In this document: in pieces, positions 30,340 through 43,185 of the stretch
Position numbering within the stretch: position 1 is the stretch's first letter
Layout of the letters: each line of letters opens with the position of its first letter
From: Blasia pusilla
Lineage: Eukaryota
Assembly: GCA_050084515.1 (NCBI GenBank)
Contig: CM114271.1
Coordinates: forward strand, 17,360,001-17,424,000
Direction: 5' to 3'
DNA: 64,000 nucleotides
Position numbers and translations under genes: made by a program
Notes under the pieces: model-generated
What the model saw: the letters and a program-made list of their open reading frames with translations, nothing else
Told to the model about the DNA's origin: nothing
The model's database searches: none

Positions 30340-31323
30340 TTAGTAGGTGCCCTTCCTATGCACGGAAATTGTTGTACATAAGAGATTGGACATAACTATT
30401 TATTTATTTTTATTTCTCATAATATGTGAAATATTTTCTTACTGCCCAATTTTCGCGTGTCAAGCATAAATGTGTTTGCAAATCCATAAGGCACTCGCCC
30501 ATGACAATATAGATAAGGTGCTCGTGTGATGCACATGAAAAAAAGGTGTTCAAAGAGCTAGTGCATAGGCCGTGAAGGGAAGAGATTAATGATGTTGCAC
30601 ATAAAATCAATTTTTTTCTTGCTGCCCAGTTGTCACGTGTCAAGCATAGAGGTGTTTGCAAATCAAGAAGACACTCTCCCATAATAATATAGATAAGGTG
30701 CCTGTACAATGCACACGAAATAAAAAGTGTTTGAAGAGCTAGCATATAGCCCATGAAGGGAAGAGATTAATGATGATGTACATACATTCAATTTTTTTCC
30801 CACTGCCCCTAGCATGTGAAACATTTTCTTGCTGCCCAGTTGCCGCGTGTCAAGCAGAGAGCTGTTTGCAAATAAAAAAAACATTCTCCCATACTAATTT
30901 AGACAAGGTGCTCGTGCGATGTACACAAAATAAACAAGCGTTTGAAGAGTTAGTGTATAGCCCGTGAAGGAAAGAGATTCAAGATGTTGCACATAAATTT
31001 AAATTTTTTCTTGCTGCACGTAGCATGTGAAACATTTTCTTGCAGCCCAGTTGCCATGTGTCAAGTAGAGAGATGTTTGCAAATCAAGAAAGCACTCTCC
31101 CATAATAATATAGATGAGGTGCATGTGCAATGCACGTGAAATAAAAAAGTGTTTGAAGAGCTAGTGTATAGGTTGTGAAGTGAAGAGATTACTGATGCTG
31201 CACATAAAATCAAAAATTTTCTTGTTGCCTTAGCATGTGGAACATTTTCTTGTTGCCTAATTGTCACGTGTCAAGTAGAGAGGTGTTTGCAAATCAAGAA
31301 GGCACTCTCCCATAATAATATAG
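30340..31323 (-). mobile_element. Head-to-tail tandem array of five Helitron-like units
   Basis: Units of ~175-210 bp with boundaries near 30514, 30694, 30904 and 31115. On the minus strand each starts with a variant of ATCTATATTATTATGGGAGAGTG and ends with a GTGCA..GCAC hairpin. Confidence 0.8.
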
Positions 31324-31325
31324 CT

Positions 31326-31813
31326 TGGAGAGTGCTTTCGTGATTTGCAAATACGAAATACCTCTATGTTTGACATCCCTTAACGAAGGAGCAAGAAAAT
31401 GTTTCTCATAATATGGGCAGTGAGAAATAAAATTTGAATTTGTGTGAGGATTTTATTCTCGTGCATGGCACGGATTGCGTACTAGTTTTTTAATAAAAAC
31501 TTCTCCCTGGTTCAAGTTACCTACAAGAATCATAATTAAATTTAGAAATTTTGAGGTAGCATTCTAAATCAATTTCAAGCCATCTTATTAGTTCAATTGG
31601 TTGAGAGAATAAGGACGTGAGGAGTTTGAATAATCTAGATTGTTATATTATTGGAGAGTGCCTTCTTGATTTGCAAACACCCGTATGTTTGACATGTGAC
31701 AATCGGGCATCAAAAATAAATAAATTCCCATACTACGAGAATAAGAAATTTAGAATACGTGTGCAGCATGGTTAGTCCCTTCACTCACGTGCATGGGACA
31801 CGTTATACACTAG
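31326..31813 (+). mobile_element. Two further Helitron-like copies
   Basis: Copies at 31326-31485 and 31633-31813, both ending GTGCATGG...CTAG|T. Confidence 0.7.
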
Positions 31814-32909
31814 TAATAAGATGTAAATAACCAATCCATAATGGAAAGAGTTGCAAATATTGTTACATCCACACCCAATGAAGTGAAGAGAATAGACCAC
31901 ATACATTCTTACAAACCTACACAATCAATCAAACTGAAAGGGCTCCAAGCATTTTTTTCTCAATATAACCGATAAAGCAAAGGGCAAGAGTTGCATGGGG
32001 AGATTCCTACAAATCTACAAGGAAAGGAAAAGGCAGCAAAGCAATGAGAAGGTTGCTACAAAATGAGGCCCTAGTTTGTAGCAACCTTGACATTGGATGC
32101 GCAATAATCCTAACAACCCTAAGGGCAATGCATAGAGGGCTTTTACTTGTGAGACGAAGAGATCTAAATGGATAGACTTGTCGAGATCACTTGTCGTAAC
32201 AAGAAGTGGAATTGCTACATTGAAGAGAATGTTGTGGAATATACATCCTAAATAGAAGCCATCCTACACGAAGCTAACCAAAGGGACACAAAACACGTGC
32301 AAGGAGAGAGAAATCAACTCACAATTTAATCTCTATTCTTATCACCTTCATGAACACCAGTAGATTTAGAACAAAGGCTTCTTACATGTAAGCCTAATTC
32401 AGATTTTTCAAATCTGAATTAGGTTAACTCAAAGACCCTAATTACCGACGGAGACTTGTGAGTTAGAGAAAAGAAAGTTCTCCCAAATGAAAAGAGGGAA
32501 TAGATAGTGTGGACATTGTAGATTAAGAATTGTAGGGGATGAACATCTTGTTTTCTAAATCGATTGCAATTACCACTATGACTTCAGAGAATAGTTGCCC
32601 CGACTCTTCCAAGGCCCTACCCTAACAATCTCTAATTTCATAGCTTGCAAGAACCAAGTTCAGATTGCTAAAATCTTTTAGGATTTAGCAAGCTGAGGTG
32701 AAAATGAATGAAAGGATATAGTGATGTTGTGAGTAGATCGTGTTGGTCTATGTCAGATTTTAGCAATGAATGAAAGGATGGAATAGAGCGATAGTTGACT
32801 AAGAGGTTAGTTGAATTCCCATAAGGTCCTCTCAAAAAGGTCCTCGGTGCAACTCTCCCTTTGGATAGTGGGGGGCGGTCTCACCCGAAGGCATGGATGG
32901 TCCATACGT

Positions 32910-32920
32910 AGAGAGAGAGA

Positions 32921-32971
<51 letters not shown>
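32910..32971. repeat. (GA)n microsatellite
   Basis: Directly visible dinucleotide run with two small interruptions. Confidence 0.95.
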
Positions 32972-32973
<2 letters not shown>

Positions 32974-33275
32974 TTATGTGCCTTTTATGTGCGTGTGTGC
33001 CCTGACTATGCTCCTCGGTCAAGAATTTGGATAAAAAAGTTCCATGCCCTCATTCAAAAACCAAGTCTCCTCTGTGGGAACCCTAAACAAAAATGTTCAA
33101 AATGTATATGTGAAGGTGGTTGTCGGAAGGGGTGTCAATGTCACATATGGGGAAGGGGTCCCATGGGCCAATTAGGCTTCTCGTGGACTAAGAAACACTT
33201 CACTCACTCACTCTCTTAGGAGATCAATGGGCGCAAGGCCACGATAGACACTACTAAATGATTACATTCGAGATT

Positions 33276-33575
33276 ACATTCTCTCAAAGACATCTTTGCA
33301 TCCCTTCCCTCATTCTCTCAAAAACATTATTGCATCCCTTCCTTCATTCTCTCAAAACCATCATTGCATCTCTTCCCTCATTCTCTCAACGACATCATTT
33401 CCCTAATTCACTACATCCATTTGTTCACTCTCTCAAAGACATCTATGCATCCCTTCCCTCATTCTCTCATAGGCATCTCTCCATCCCTTCCTTCATTCTC
33501 TCAAAGACATCTCCATCCCTTCCCTCATTCTCTCAAAAACATCTCTGCATCCCTTCCTTCATTCTCTCAAGAAAC
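33276..33575. repeat. ~34-bp pyrimidine-rich minisatellite, about 9 copies
   Basis: Unit CATTCTCTCAAAGACATCTTTGCATCCCTTCCCT repeated with substitutions. Confidence 0.9.
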
Positions 33576-34977
33576 CACAGCATCCTTTCGTTCACGCCCT
33601 CTCAAGAAATCGATCCTTTCACTCATTCATTCATCCCTCCCATCTGAAGGAATCGCTCCACTCATTCATCCGCACTCGTATCTAGATACACAGATCGATG
33701 GATAGATAGGTAGCTCAGGTCCATGTCGGCATTCCTCATCCTCCTCAGCATCAGCAAGGAGCACCCAGCCTCGCTCACGCAGCAGAGCCTGCGCCAGCAC
33801 CACAGATGAGAAAGCGTTTGGGTGGCGACACAATAGACAGCATCGTTATCATATTCGACCACAGTATTCCATCGACACATCTCCTCTATAAAAGTAGGGC
33901 GAGTGAGTGAAGTTGGGATTAGAGCTCAGAGCTGGGATCAGTCCCAGCTGTTTAGTGGATTTGATAGTTGTCGGGTGGGAGCGATTCAGTCGGGAATTCT
34001 CAAGGCTGCCACCAAACGATCTAGGCCTCTGGACTATAGAGTCGAGTGATGGTGATCGTTGTCTGGGAGGGATTCAAGTCGGGAGTTCACACAGCTGCCA
34101 TCCTTTTGGGGTTTTGATGGTCTTTTGGGAGTATTCATCGAATTGGGAATTCAGAGAGCTGCTGTCAGTTCCTGTCGTTTAGTGGGTTGGACCGTTGTTT
34201 TGTGGGGCTGACTGAAGCGGGAAGTCGGAGAGCTGCGATTGGTCTCTGTCGCTTAGAGCTTTCGATCGTGTTTTTCGAGGGAGGAGGGGTGGGGTGAGGA
34301 GATGATGAAGAGATGTGGAGTATCGATGGTGGACTCCAGTCGTGAGATCTGGACGCTCTGCTTGAAGGTGTCATGCGCTGGAGGAAGTGGTTTGGCCCAG
34401 AGCCTGCGATCTTCAAGGAGAGGATGCAGCTCTGGGGGTTGGAGTCTTTCGTCTGCTGTAGATTGTGGTGGGTGTTTCTCACCCTTCAGCTCTCTCTTTA
34501 GCAGTTTGTGCATAGCTCTGCAGTCCGTGAGCGAGTGCAAATTCTCCGTCACCTCTCCGAAATCCCCAGAGATCCTTTCTATGTCGAATTGCTGGCATGC
34601 AGCTCTTGCTTTCGCAGTTCCTGCAGTTCCCTCCAGTCCATGCAGATTCTTCGTTACCTCTCTAAAAGCCCCAAAGACCCTTTGGAATGCTGAAAGCCGA
34701 AAAGAGTTGTGTGTCGAATTGATGGGTTCTGAGTCTATCAGCATAGCACTAAAAGGGAGATCTGCGTTGAATTGATGGGTTCTTCATTCCATCTCCTCAT
34801 GTCCTCGATCGTCTACTATTGCCACTTCAAATTCTTCTCACCTCTCTCCCACCTCAAAGACCCACCTCTCTCCCACCTCTTTCTGTAGCCAGCAATTCCG
34901 TCTGGAATTGCTGGCTACAGAAAGGATTTCTCTGTGGCAGGGATCTGCACTTCTTCTTACAAATTTCCAACCGCAAC

Positions 34978-34980
<3 letters not shown>

Positions 34981-35055
<75 letters not shown>
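34981..35055. repeat. (GT)n microsatellite
   Basis: Perfect GT run. Confidence 0.97.
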
Positions 35056-35063
<8 letters not shown>

Positions 35064-35469
35064 TGCGTCATTGAGTTAGTGAAGTCATTTCAGCTCCTCA
35101 GATCGCAGAGAGATCAGAGATTGCGACTGCGAAGATTCAGGCTCCCCTATTTCTGGTCTATGGAATTAATAGAAATTGGTACCCACGCTAAAGGATTCTC
35201 GATTGCAGTGATGTGCCCTCCTTCTAGCTTATTAGCTCCGACCGTCCTCGTATGTGTGTGCGCAATCGAGCTAGACCTTGGAACCGCCTAGATTTATGAT
35301 CTCTTCCCTTTCTATAAAATTGAGATGGATTGCTGGCTACACCAAGGATTACTCTGTTGCAGTGATGATCTCTTCTTATTAGTTCCACTCTCAAACCACC
35401 TGTGGATACGTGTGTGAAGTGATCTCAGCTGGATTAGAGATTGCGCATACTTTCTTTTCATTCTAGTCT

Positions 35470-36390
35470 ATGGAATTGAGATCAATGGCAAGGCCACCGC
35501 TGGGAGTGTTGAGCTTGCTCTGGACAATCACAGAGTGTACTCTGATTGTGAGGTGTGGCGATGGGGGTGGCTGCACAGATCAGGAAGCTTCCATCGCACG
35601 AAGACTCGACAGGCACAACCCTACGACGAATGTCACCTTCGCATCCCAATCTGTCAGCCCTACTTTCGTCCCATCACGACCCTCGAGCTTTCTGGCACCG
35701 GCACCAGAATTGGTAAGATGCATCTCCCAAACACTACGTCCCTTCCATCCAAATGGCTGGGTGCGCAGCAGCAGCTCACCGTCTCCGATTTGGGAGTTGC
35801 ATCCCCCGAGTGGCAGCTTTCGAATGCTTGCTTCAAAAGTCAGTCCAGAGGATGGTAGCAGCAGTGGTGTGGAGGCGAAAGAGGAGTCTTCACAAGGAGG
35901 AACCCAGCGAGAGGAACAAGACGCAACGACAGCACAACGTTCTATCGATGATTTCCAGCATGAAGAGATTGTGGGGCCTACTGTGGAGAGAGATGTGTCT
36001 GCCACGGCCAACGAGCTTCGAGAGAGCTTGAAGGCTCTCAGGAGCTTCATGGTGGCTGTGGGCAGAGGCTTGCTGGTGCTAGGGAGTGTGCAGATGTTGG
36101 GTGCGATTTGGAACTCGTATGCACATGCAGATCCACTCAACATTGGGCTGTGGCGAGAGCTGCCAGCACCTGCAATGGCCTACATTTTGGCCTACTTCCT
36201 CTGGCAGACAGGATCTGCCATGGACTTCTTCTCCAGGCTCGAGGGTAGAAGTCGAATACAAGTTCTCACACTCTCTCTGCAGTTGGTCAAGGGCCTCTCT
36301 CAGTTTTTCCAACGAACCGATGTGGTGGTCAAATGTGTAGTCTTTGCCACTTTCATCCTGCTAGCTGGGGATATGTATCACTACAAGTAG
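35470..36390 (+). CDS. Uncharacterised protein with ~3 C-terminal hydrophobic helices (possibly plastid membrane); true start uncertain
   Basis: 306-aa open frame: Ser/Pro-rich N-terminal half, acidic linker, then hydrophobic segments (LLVLGSVQMLGAIW, AMAYILAYFLW, CVVFATFILLAG). Confidence 0.6.
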   Translation: MELRSMARPPLGVLSLLWTITECTLIVRCGDGGGCTDQEASIARRLDRHNPTTNVTFASQSVSPTFVPSRPSSFLAPAPELVRCISQTLRPFHPNGWVRSSSSPSPIWELHPPSGSFRMLASKVSPEDGSSSGVEAKEESSQGGTQREEQDATTAQRSIDDFQHEEIVGPTVERDVSATANELRESLKALRSFMVAVGRGLLVLGSVQMLGAIWNSYAHADPLNIGLWRELPAPAMAYILAYFLWQTGSAMDFFSRLEGRSRIQVLTLSLQLVKGLSQFFQRTDVVVKCVVFATFILLAGDMYHYK

Positions 36391-37441
36391 TGCAGATAGG
36401 ATGAATGAATGACGAGAGCCTACTCATTAAGTAGCGCCTGACGTAGGCTTGCAAACATGGACCAATTTAGAGAGAGGAACAAGTCAAGTGGGTACCATGA
36501 GAGGAGAATTTTCTCGAGCTGAGAAATATGAATTAGGGGCATAGGATGGATTTCTCTCCTTTGAGATCCTTCACGTGCAGAGAGGAAATTAATTCTTGAG
36601 ACCAGCCACATTATGCATAGCCTGATGATATTTGAACTTCGAAACTGATACTGCTCTGAACTCTAGAAAAGAACCGATCTTGGGTTCCCAAGTTAAACAG
36701 AAAATACCCCAACAGATTAGATATCCGAGAAATAGTTTTGCAAATGAGAAGTAAAATCACCTCTTTCAAGAAAATATTAATTACAGAGATTACACATCAC
36801 CAATGTGAGATATACACATGTCACTGCCTGATCTAACCCACCTTTAATACACTTCATCCTACAAGAAGAAATGATCGTCCTAACGCTGGCTCCTCCACAG
36901 CAGGTCAAAAGTTACAGCTTAAGAGCAGCACTCAGGACTTTTCAGAGGTGCAGGGATCGAGAAAAGTAGGGATTAGGATGTGCAGGGGAATGATGAGCCT
37001 CTCACGCTTTCATTAGTGCTCCTGGTCTAGCAGAACCCTAAAATGCCTCAAGGAGATCATAGGAGGCCATGGTGTAAACCTAGTCAAGAATCAGATAGTC
37101 TTGCCAAGAATATGACTTACTAAAGAAAGACGAAACAAGAAAAACCAGTCTTGATCTAACAGTTCGGTCTTACAATAATAATTATCTTCGGGAGACAGAT
37201 TTCCAAAGAGATGGGTGAGGATGGATTCCACATCATAACTACAAGGTCCTCCAATGGATGATGGCAACATGTACAAGGTTCTCTCCCACAAGCCAGAGCT
37301 CCCTTGGAAGGCCTGGATCTCAGGCTTGTGGAATGCATAAGCATCTTTGAGTGGGAATGAATGATCGCTAATTATCTACTGATCCCAAGTACCTGCTAAC
37401 AGTCTGTCCTGAAAGCAGACTGTCAGCAGGTACTTGCCAAT

Positions 37442-40400
37442 TCACTTCACGGACAGGTATCTAGTTGATTGCTTAATCAAGGAGGCCATGGCAACCTCTA
37501 GCAAAGCTTGATCAGACCAACTGTCTCGATATGAGTCGGGATTAATGCTTCTATTTTGGCTGACACCCAGGTAAATCTCCTTCCTCCAAGCTTCAAAAAT
37601 CCCACAAGCACACTGATCTGCCAACCACTGGCAGTAATCAAACTGCAAAAGATGTCAACTGGAAGTCAGTATAGTTCTTGGTGGCTCGTACACTTGTTGA
37701 GGTTCAATTCTAACTTTACAAGCGATCTACGTTGCTACTGTTAGTGCTTGAGTTTGAAGCACTCTGCTAAAAACCTGATTCGATTCGCAAGAAAATAAAT
37801 AGCAACCATAGTCTTCCAGAGGACAAGTGCAAGAGAAATCTCAAAAAACAGCAGACCAGAGTGGTAAAGACTGCCCATGAAATCAACTGGAAGAGGGCTA
37901 TGTCTGAAAACCTGGCCCAAGTGCAACATGTGAGTCCGGTTCTTGGGTATGCCTTTGACTTCTAGCTCATTGTAGAAACTCTCCACTTCTGCCATCATCT
38001 CACTGTCCGACAGTAATTTCACTCTCCTTGAGAGCACCTTTGAGATCCACATTGTTTGCAATTGGATGAGTTGAAAAGGCACCACCTGATTGAAGGTTGT
38101 CATGTATTTTGAGTACAAAAGTACGATTGCATGAGATATTGCAAAGATGAAAAAAAATTTAGTAGTGGGGAAGATAACTTATACAGAGAACCCACCCACG
38201 AGTGCTACATTGAAAAACTCAGAAATTCCTCGACAATCTCTGAAAGGCTTAAAGTATTCGTTTATATTAAAAATCCAATTCTGAACTTTCTTGCGCATGT
38301 CAAGCATTTTGCAGCAGTTCAGTGCCTTCTAAAAATGATGACAACGACCAACCACACCCTTCAAACTATTCAGAACACAAGCTCCTAAAATTTTGTCTTT
38401 GTGACACCAGAGCATTTACCTTCCATGGTAGGCCGACGAATGAGAGGGTGGGCGCAAGAGTCGGAGGAAAGACATGCTTGTAAAGAGGACCGACACGGTT
38501 GTCTTCCACTGAAACGAATCCCTTGGTGTCTAGAAATGGGAAGGAATACAAGTACCTAAAGATGGAAAAAAGATAGAGATTCACAATGTGAGTCAGTTTA
38601 CAGCCTCATCATTGAAGCATGATAGGCAAGTAGATACTGCAAGGGTATTTGTTGTTGGCGCTCAGTCACAACAACTGACATCATGGGGATGAACCTGCAT
38701 GCAAGCACTATTACCCTGTGCAGTGCATAATGATGTCAACTACGCTTGAAGTACCATCTAGAAACTTCACAGTTCCATCCTCAAACGCCCTTTCCACCTG
38801 CCATACAATCATCAGAGAAACAGGTTGTTGCTGATTGCACCCCAAACTTAACATTCACAATGAGATGCAGATAAGGAGGTGGAAGTGATGTGGATGCGTA
38901 CCTATTGAATGCACGTGCTAAGACTCACCACGCAGATAATAAGAAAGGGACGAGATTCATGCCCAAAGAGATATCAAGAAAGTTCAAATAGTGACCTAGA
39001 AAAATATGTACAGAATTTGAGTAACAGCTGATCACGAAACCAAGAAACAAAGAACAGAAGAGAATTAGGAGATAGGATCACTGAAAATTTGCAGTGATTT
39101 TATCCTAAAAAAAAGTGCTTAAGACTGCCAGTGGATTTCATCAGTGTCCTCTGGTAGAATCCATGGTCAATTCAGATCACATTTGACTTCAATCATGTTA
39201 ACATGCATCACTACATTGCGTATCAATAATCTTTCAGTTCTCCCGAGGCCTAGGTTGATCGCAGAGAAAGTTTTGGATCAGTTCCATAGAAATAAATACT
39301 GAACTTCAATCCAAGCTGTGACTTGATTTAATGTGAAAATTTCAAGAATTGATGAACTCAGATGCAGACCAGTGGTCGTTTCCATAGGTTGTGTTGTGCT
39401 CCTTCGCCTGTTTTTGAAAGCTGATCTGATGTCCATGATCTGGCACAGAAGTAAACTTTCCTAGCCACTTGAGCTAGTTCCTTTGAAATGTCAGCACCAC
39501 TGTTGCTATTTCCAATGACCACAATCACCTGCAATTTTCTCCAACCAAAACCCAGAACAGATCATGTCTTTGAGTACCCTGAAAAAACAGACAATTTGCA
39601 TCCATGACGCACACTTAGCAATGTTCATGGTTGTGGCCTGCTTGCCAACACACAAGAGCTTAAACTGTCAATTCATGCACTCGACCACAAGCATCCTCTT
39701 CATCAAGATTTCAACACGGAGTGGTTGAAACTTTGTGACAACAAAGAATAGAAGTGCCTGTCCAACAGTTTGTAACCTGATTTTTGAAAGGATCTGGCAC
39801 CCGATAGTTGTGGCTATGCATGTGTACACCAGGCCAGCTCTCTACACCTGTCATGACTTCATCCTGTCAACTGCATGGTCCATAGTGAATAAAGAACCAA
39901 ACGACAGTTGCAACTACAACAAACCCAAATCGACTGAACTGACTGCTCTCACTCTGTACTGCTGCATCTTCAGGGGCAATGCTGCTGATGGTACCAAAAA
40001 CTGGTACTACGACCGCAAAGAAGTGAAGTCCATCAGAGCACAGGACAGAACGATGAAAAGATACTGTACTTCCCTGAATATTGACTTGTAAACTGACCAA
40101 GATTCTGATCGCTCAATCTTTATTTCAAGTCAGCAATGTCAGGCACTGACCAGATTCAGATGCGCATCATCTCGATGACTCAGAGTTGGACCAGGGAATG
40201 CCATCACCCACAAAAAGGGAAGACTATGTAGACGTCACAATTAAGAGGAACTTGACAATTGAGAGCATTGGCGACTCAAACGGGCAGAATCCATGAGAGA
40301 TACCTGCTCCAGGGTACCTCCCTGACTGAGTAGTTTCATTTCCACTGGGAACTAGGTTGAAATTATCATATCATATGAGAGTGGATGCTAGAGAAGAATA

Positions 40401-42065
40401 TCTAGCTTCCTAGGACACCTTTGGGTTCCATTGCTATCACTGCGGTAGCCTTGGATCAGCTGGCCCACCTAAGAATGGAAATATTGCGATTTCAAGTTCC
40501 ATGGCCCTCGTCTATCCCATGGAAAATAAATTAGTTCATTCATTGTGGAACTTCTATAACCAGTAGTTCATTTCTCTCCACTGTTGGATCTCTCAGAAGC
40601 TCAAACTCCCATAATGCACAAAGAAATCTTCTTTCTATACTAAAACCTGGTGTGAGGATCTTGACTAATGGGAAGGATAAAGATCTGCAGACATTAAGAG
40701 GGGCTAGTCGTTCCCATACCTCTGGACTAGGACAGAAAGTGGGATCCTGGACAGTTAATGGGAGGTGAAGAAGGTCCAATTACATCACTTATGTTAATTC
40801 CACTACTCCTACCGTCCCATCTCAGAGTACAGATCGTTGTATTCGTTGAACTCATGTTCAAACCTACACAACATCTCGAAGGGAGTACAAAGAACAGTAC
40901 CAGGAATTTCAGCAATCCTAGGTTCTGAAAAGTGTCCATTGCAGATAACCACTGCATCGAAAGCCTCCACCTCCGAGCCACTCTGCCGGTGACATCTCTC
41001 CTTGGCCTCCTGGACCTTTGCGTCACTCACCTGCCGAGACTGTACAACCCACTGGATGGCAGCCTCTCCACAATTACTTTTGTTCTCCTTAGGAGCTGCA
41101 GTTGCACCATTCTTCTCTGCACTCTGGACTGATTTCATCCCCACGTACTCAACCTTCACACCAAATCTGATTAGTTCTCGCAGATTGTGGTCTTCAGCAA
41201 AGTCCTTCAGGTACAAACCCACTTCCTCATGACCAGGATATCGTCGACAATCTCGACCTTCTTTGGAGAGAAAAGGATAGTCCAAGTACCCCATGAGCTC
41301 ACGAGGGAGATTTGTGCGTAGTGTTGAGTACATGCTGCAATTCACACGGGTCCGAAGGGGATCCACCCCAAGTGGATCACTCTCAACTCTAGGATCGAAC
41401 AACCACTGACCTCCCACATCCAGAGACTCCTCGTAGACCACCACTCCATGGCCTTCTTTGACTAGCTCCCGGGCTGCACTGAGCCCAGCAGCACCAGCCC
41501 CTATTACCGCAACTCTCAGGGAGGTGAATTCCCCCTCAACCACTTCCCATGTCGCCATAGCTCCCACAAACTCTCCCCGCTCTTCCTCTGTTGCTTCTGA
41601 ACTGTCCACTGCCTCCCCTTGACCTGTGCCCCTTGCAGACCCTCTGCTTCCCTTCTCACTCACTCCCACCACAGCTCTAGCTCTCCAGGGCTCTGCAATC
41701 TCGTCCCCTATGACCAACCAATTGCCAGCATCGCATGAACTCCCATCTGCCTCCCATTCAGCCGTGCATCTCAACGACTCTCTACTCCTCCATAGCTCCC
41801 TTTTTGAACCTCCACCGCAGAACTGGCCACCATTCACTGAAATCTTCCCAACACAAACACAATCCTTCTCCTGATAACCTCCCAATCCTCTGCCTGTCAC
41901 CCCAACTCCCACCGCTGCAATTCGTGGGATCTTCACCTCCACTGGGCCCTCTCTGATCCTACCACCACTGATGGCAGCCCCAGTGCAAATCCTTCCTTCA
42001 GCACTATGTGCTCCAAGCCCTCCAACCACAAAATTCAATTGACAACCACCCACTACTCCTTTCAT
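37442..42065 (-). CDS. Flavin-containing monooxygenase, FMO GS-OX-like clade (7 exons; ~662 aa from 42065 or ~493 aa from 41558)
   Basis: Exons 42065-40901, 39847-39777, 39528-39370, 38797-38715, 38555-38420, 38085-37912 and 37642-37442. FAD motif GAGAAG, LRTNLPRELMGY, FMO motif WPGVHMHSHNYR, NADPH motif GNSNSG, and HCTGY. Confidence 0.93.
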
Positions 42066-43185
42066 CCCCCAATTGTACAACCTCTGCTCTGAGATCTTCG
42101 TGGGTTCCCCTCGGCCCTTTCAGAGGCCTTCTTCTTACTTCTTGGCTCTCTCTGGACATCCCATCGCTGAGAAGAGAAAGGCATTCGAGTCCCAATCAGC
42201 AAATCAGACTCCAAATCATCTGGCGATGCATCGCCAGAATCTTCCCACAGAAGAGAGCTCTGCTCAATCCAGAGAGGAGCTGTTTTCTTTAATCATCAGA
42301 AGATGGGCTCAATTGGCATCACTCTCATTCACATGACATCTCCTGCAAATCCTTCAGCTCAGGCAGGTATCCAGAGCTCGCAATTTCCAGCGAGCGACCC
42401 AATCTTCTCGTGGGACTCCTGCCATTCTAAGACCATCACGATTCTCGAGATGGTCTTAGAATCGTTCATATGTACCTCTCATCGTGTGTGTGAGTCCCAA
42501 CCCAAATCTTTCATGGAGTGGGTTAAGGTATCCAAAAATCTTCCATGCTGATCACTCTCACTTTGCCACGTGGACCAAGGCTTCAGGGATGAATGTCCAT
42601 TCTTCTCCATCCCTTCTATGAACATTAGGGGGTGTCCGGGGCTTTAGGTTTCCCCGGAACTCTCTATCCAGGGACCCTCAAGATCCCAAACTTGTAGCTC
42701 TCGAGCTACCCGCTTTGAGACCTAATTCCCGGTACCCCCATGGAATTAAGGTTGTAGCAAGTGAAGGATGGGTTTAAAGCACGATGGTGTAAAGCTCCCA
42801 CCCCCTCCCCTTCTAGAAGTAGTCGGATGGCTTTCCGTGCCAACCCCCGAATCCCGGCGATTCTGGATTGCGGGTAAAATGACACCCCCTATTATCTTTT
42901 TCCGTTCTCGAAGGTCTTGGACTCCATGAATGGAGAAGAGTGAGCACATGTTGGCTCCCATTAAATTATTATCAAACCTTCTCTCTATATTAATTAATTT
43001 ATGACATCTTCTTGACTTATTCACGAGCTTACGATGGGAAACTATTTTAGTAACATGAGTAGCAAACATTTCCCCCATACATAAGCATCCCTACTAACTT
43101 CATGCATCATACGAGCTTCGTTGGTGAAGCACAATTACCTTAACTAGGATTATGTTACCAAAGTTAGAGTCGCTAAAGACTATGG

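Noticed and set aside
33276-33575. 34-bp repeats resembling a CRISPR array
   Set aside because: Units are contiguous with no unique spacers and no cas genes, in a eukaryotic context; this is a minisatellite.
33662-34775. Overlapping 157-163-aa ORFs and a nearby 72-aa ORF
   Set aside because: No recognisable domain or consistent exon chain; may be coding but cannot be supported from sequence alone.
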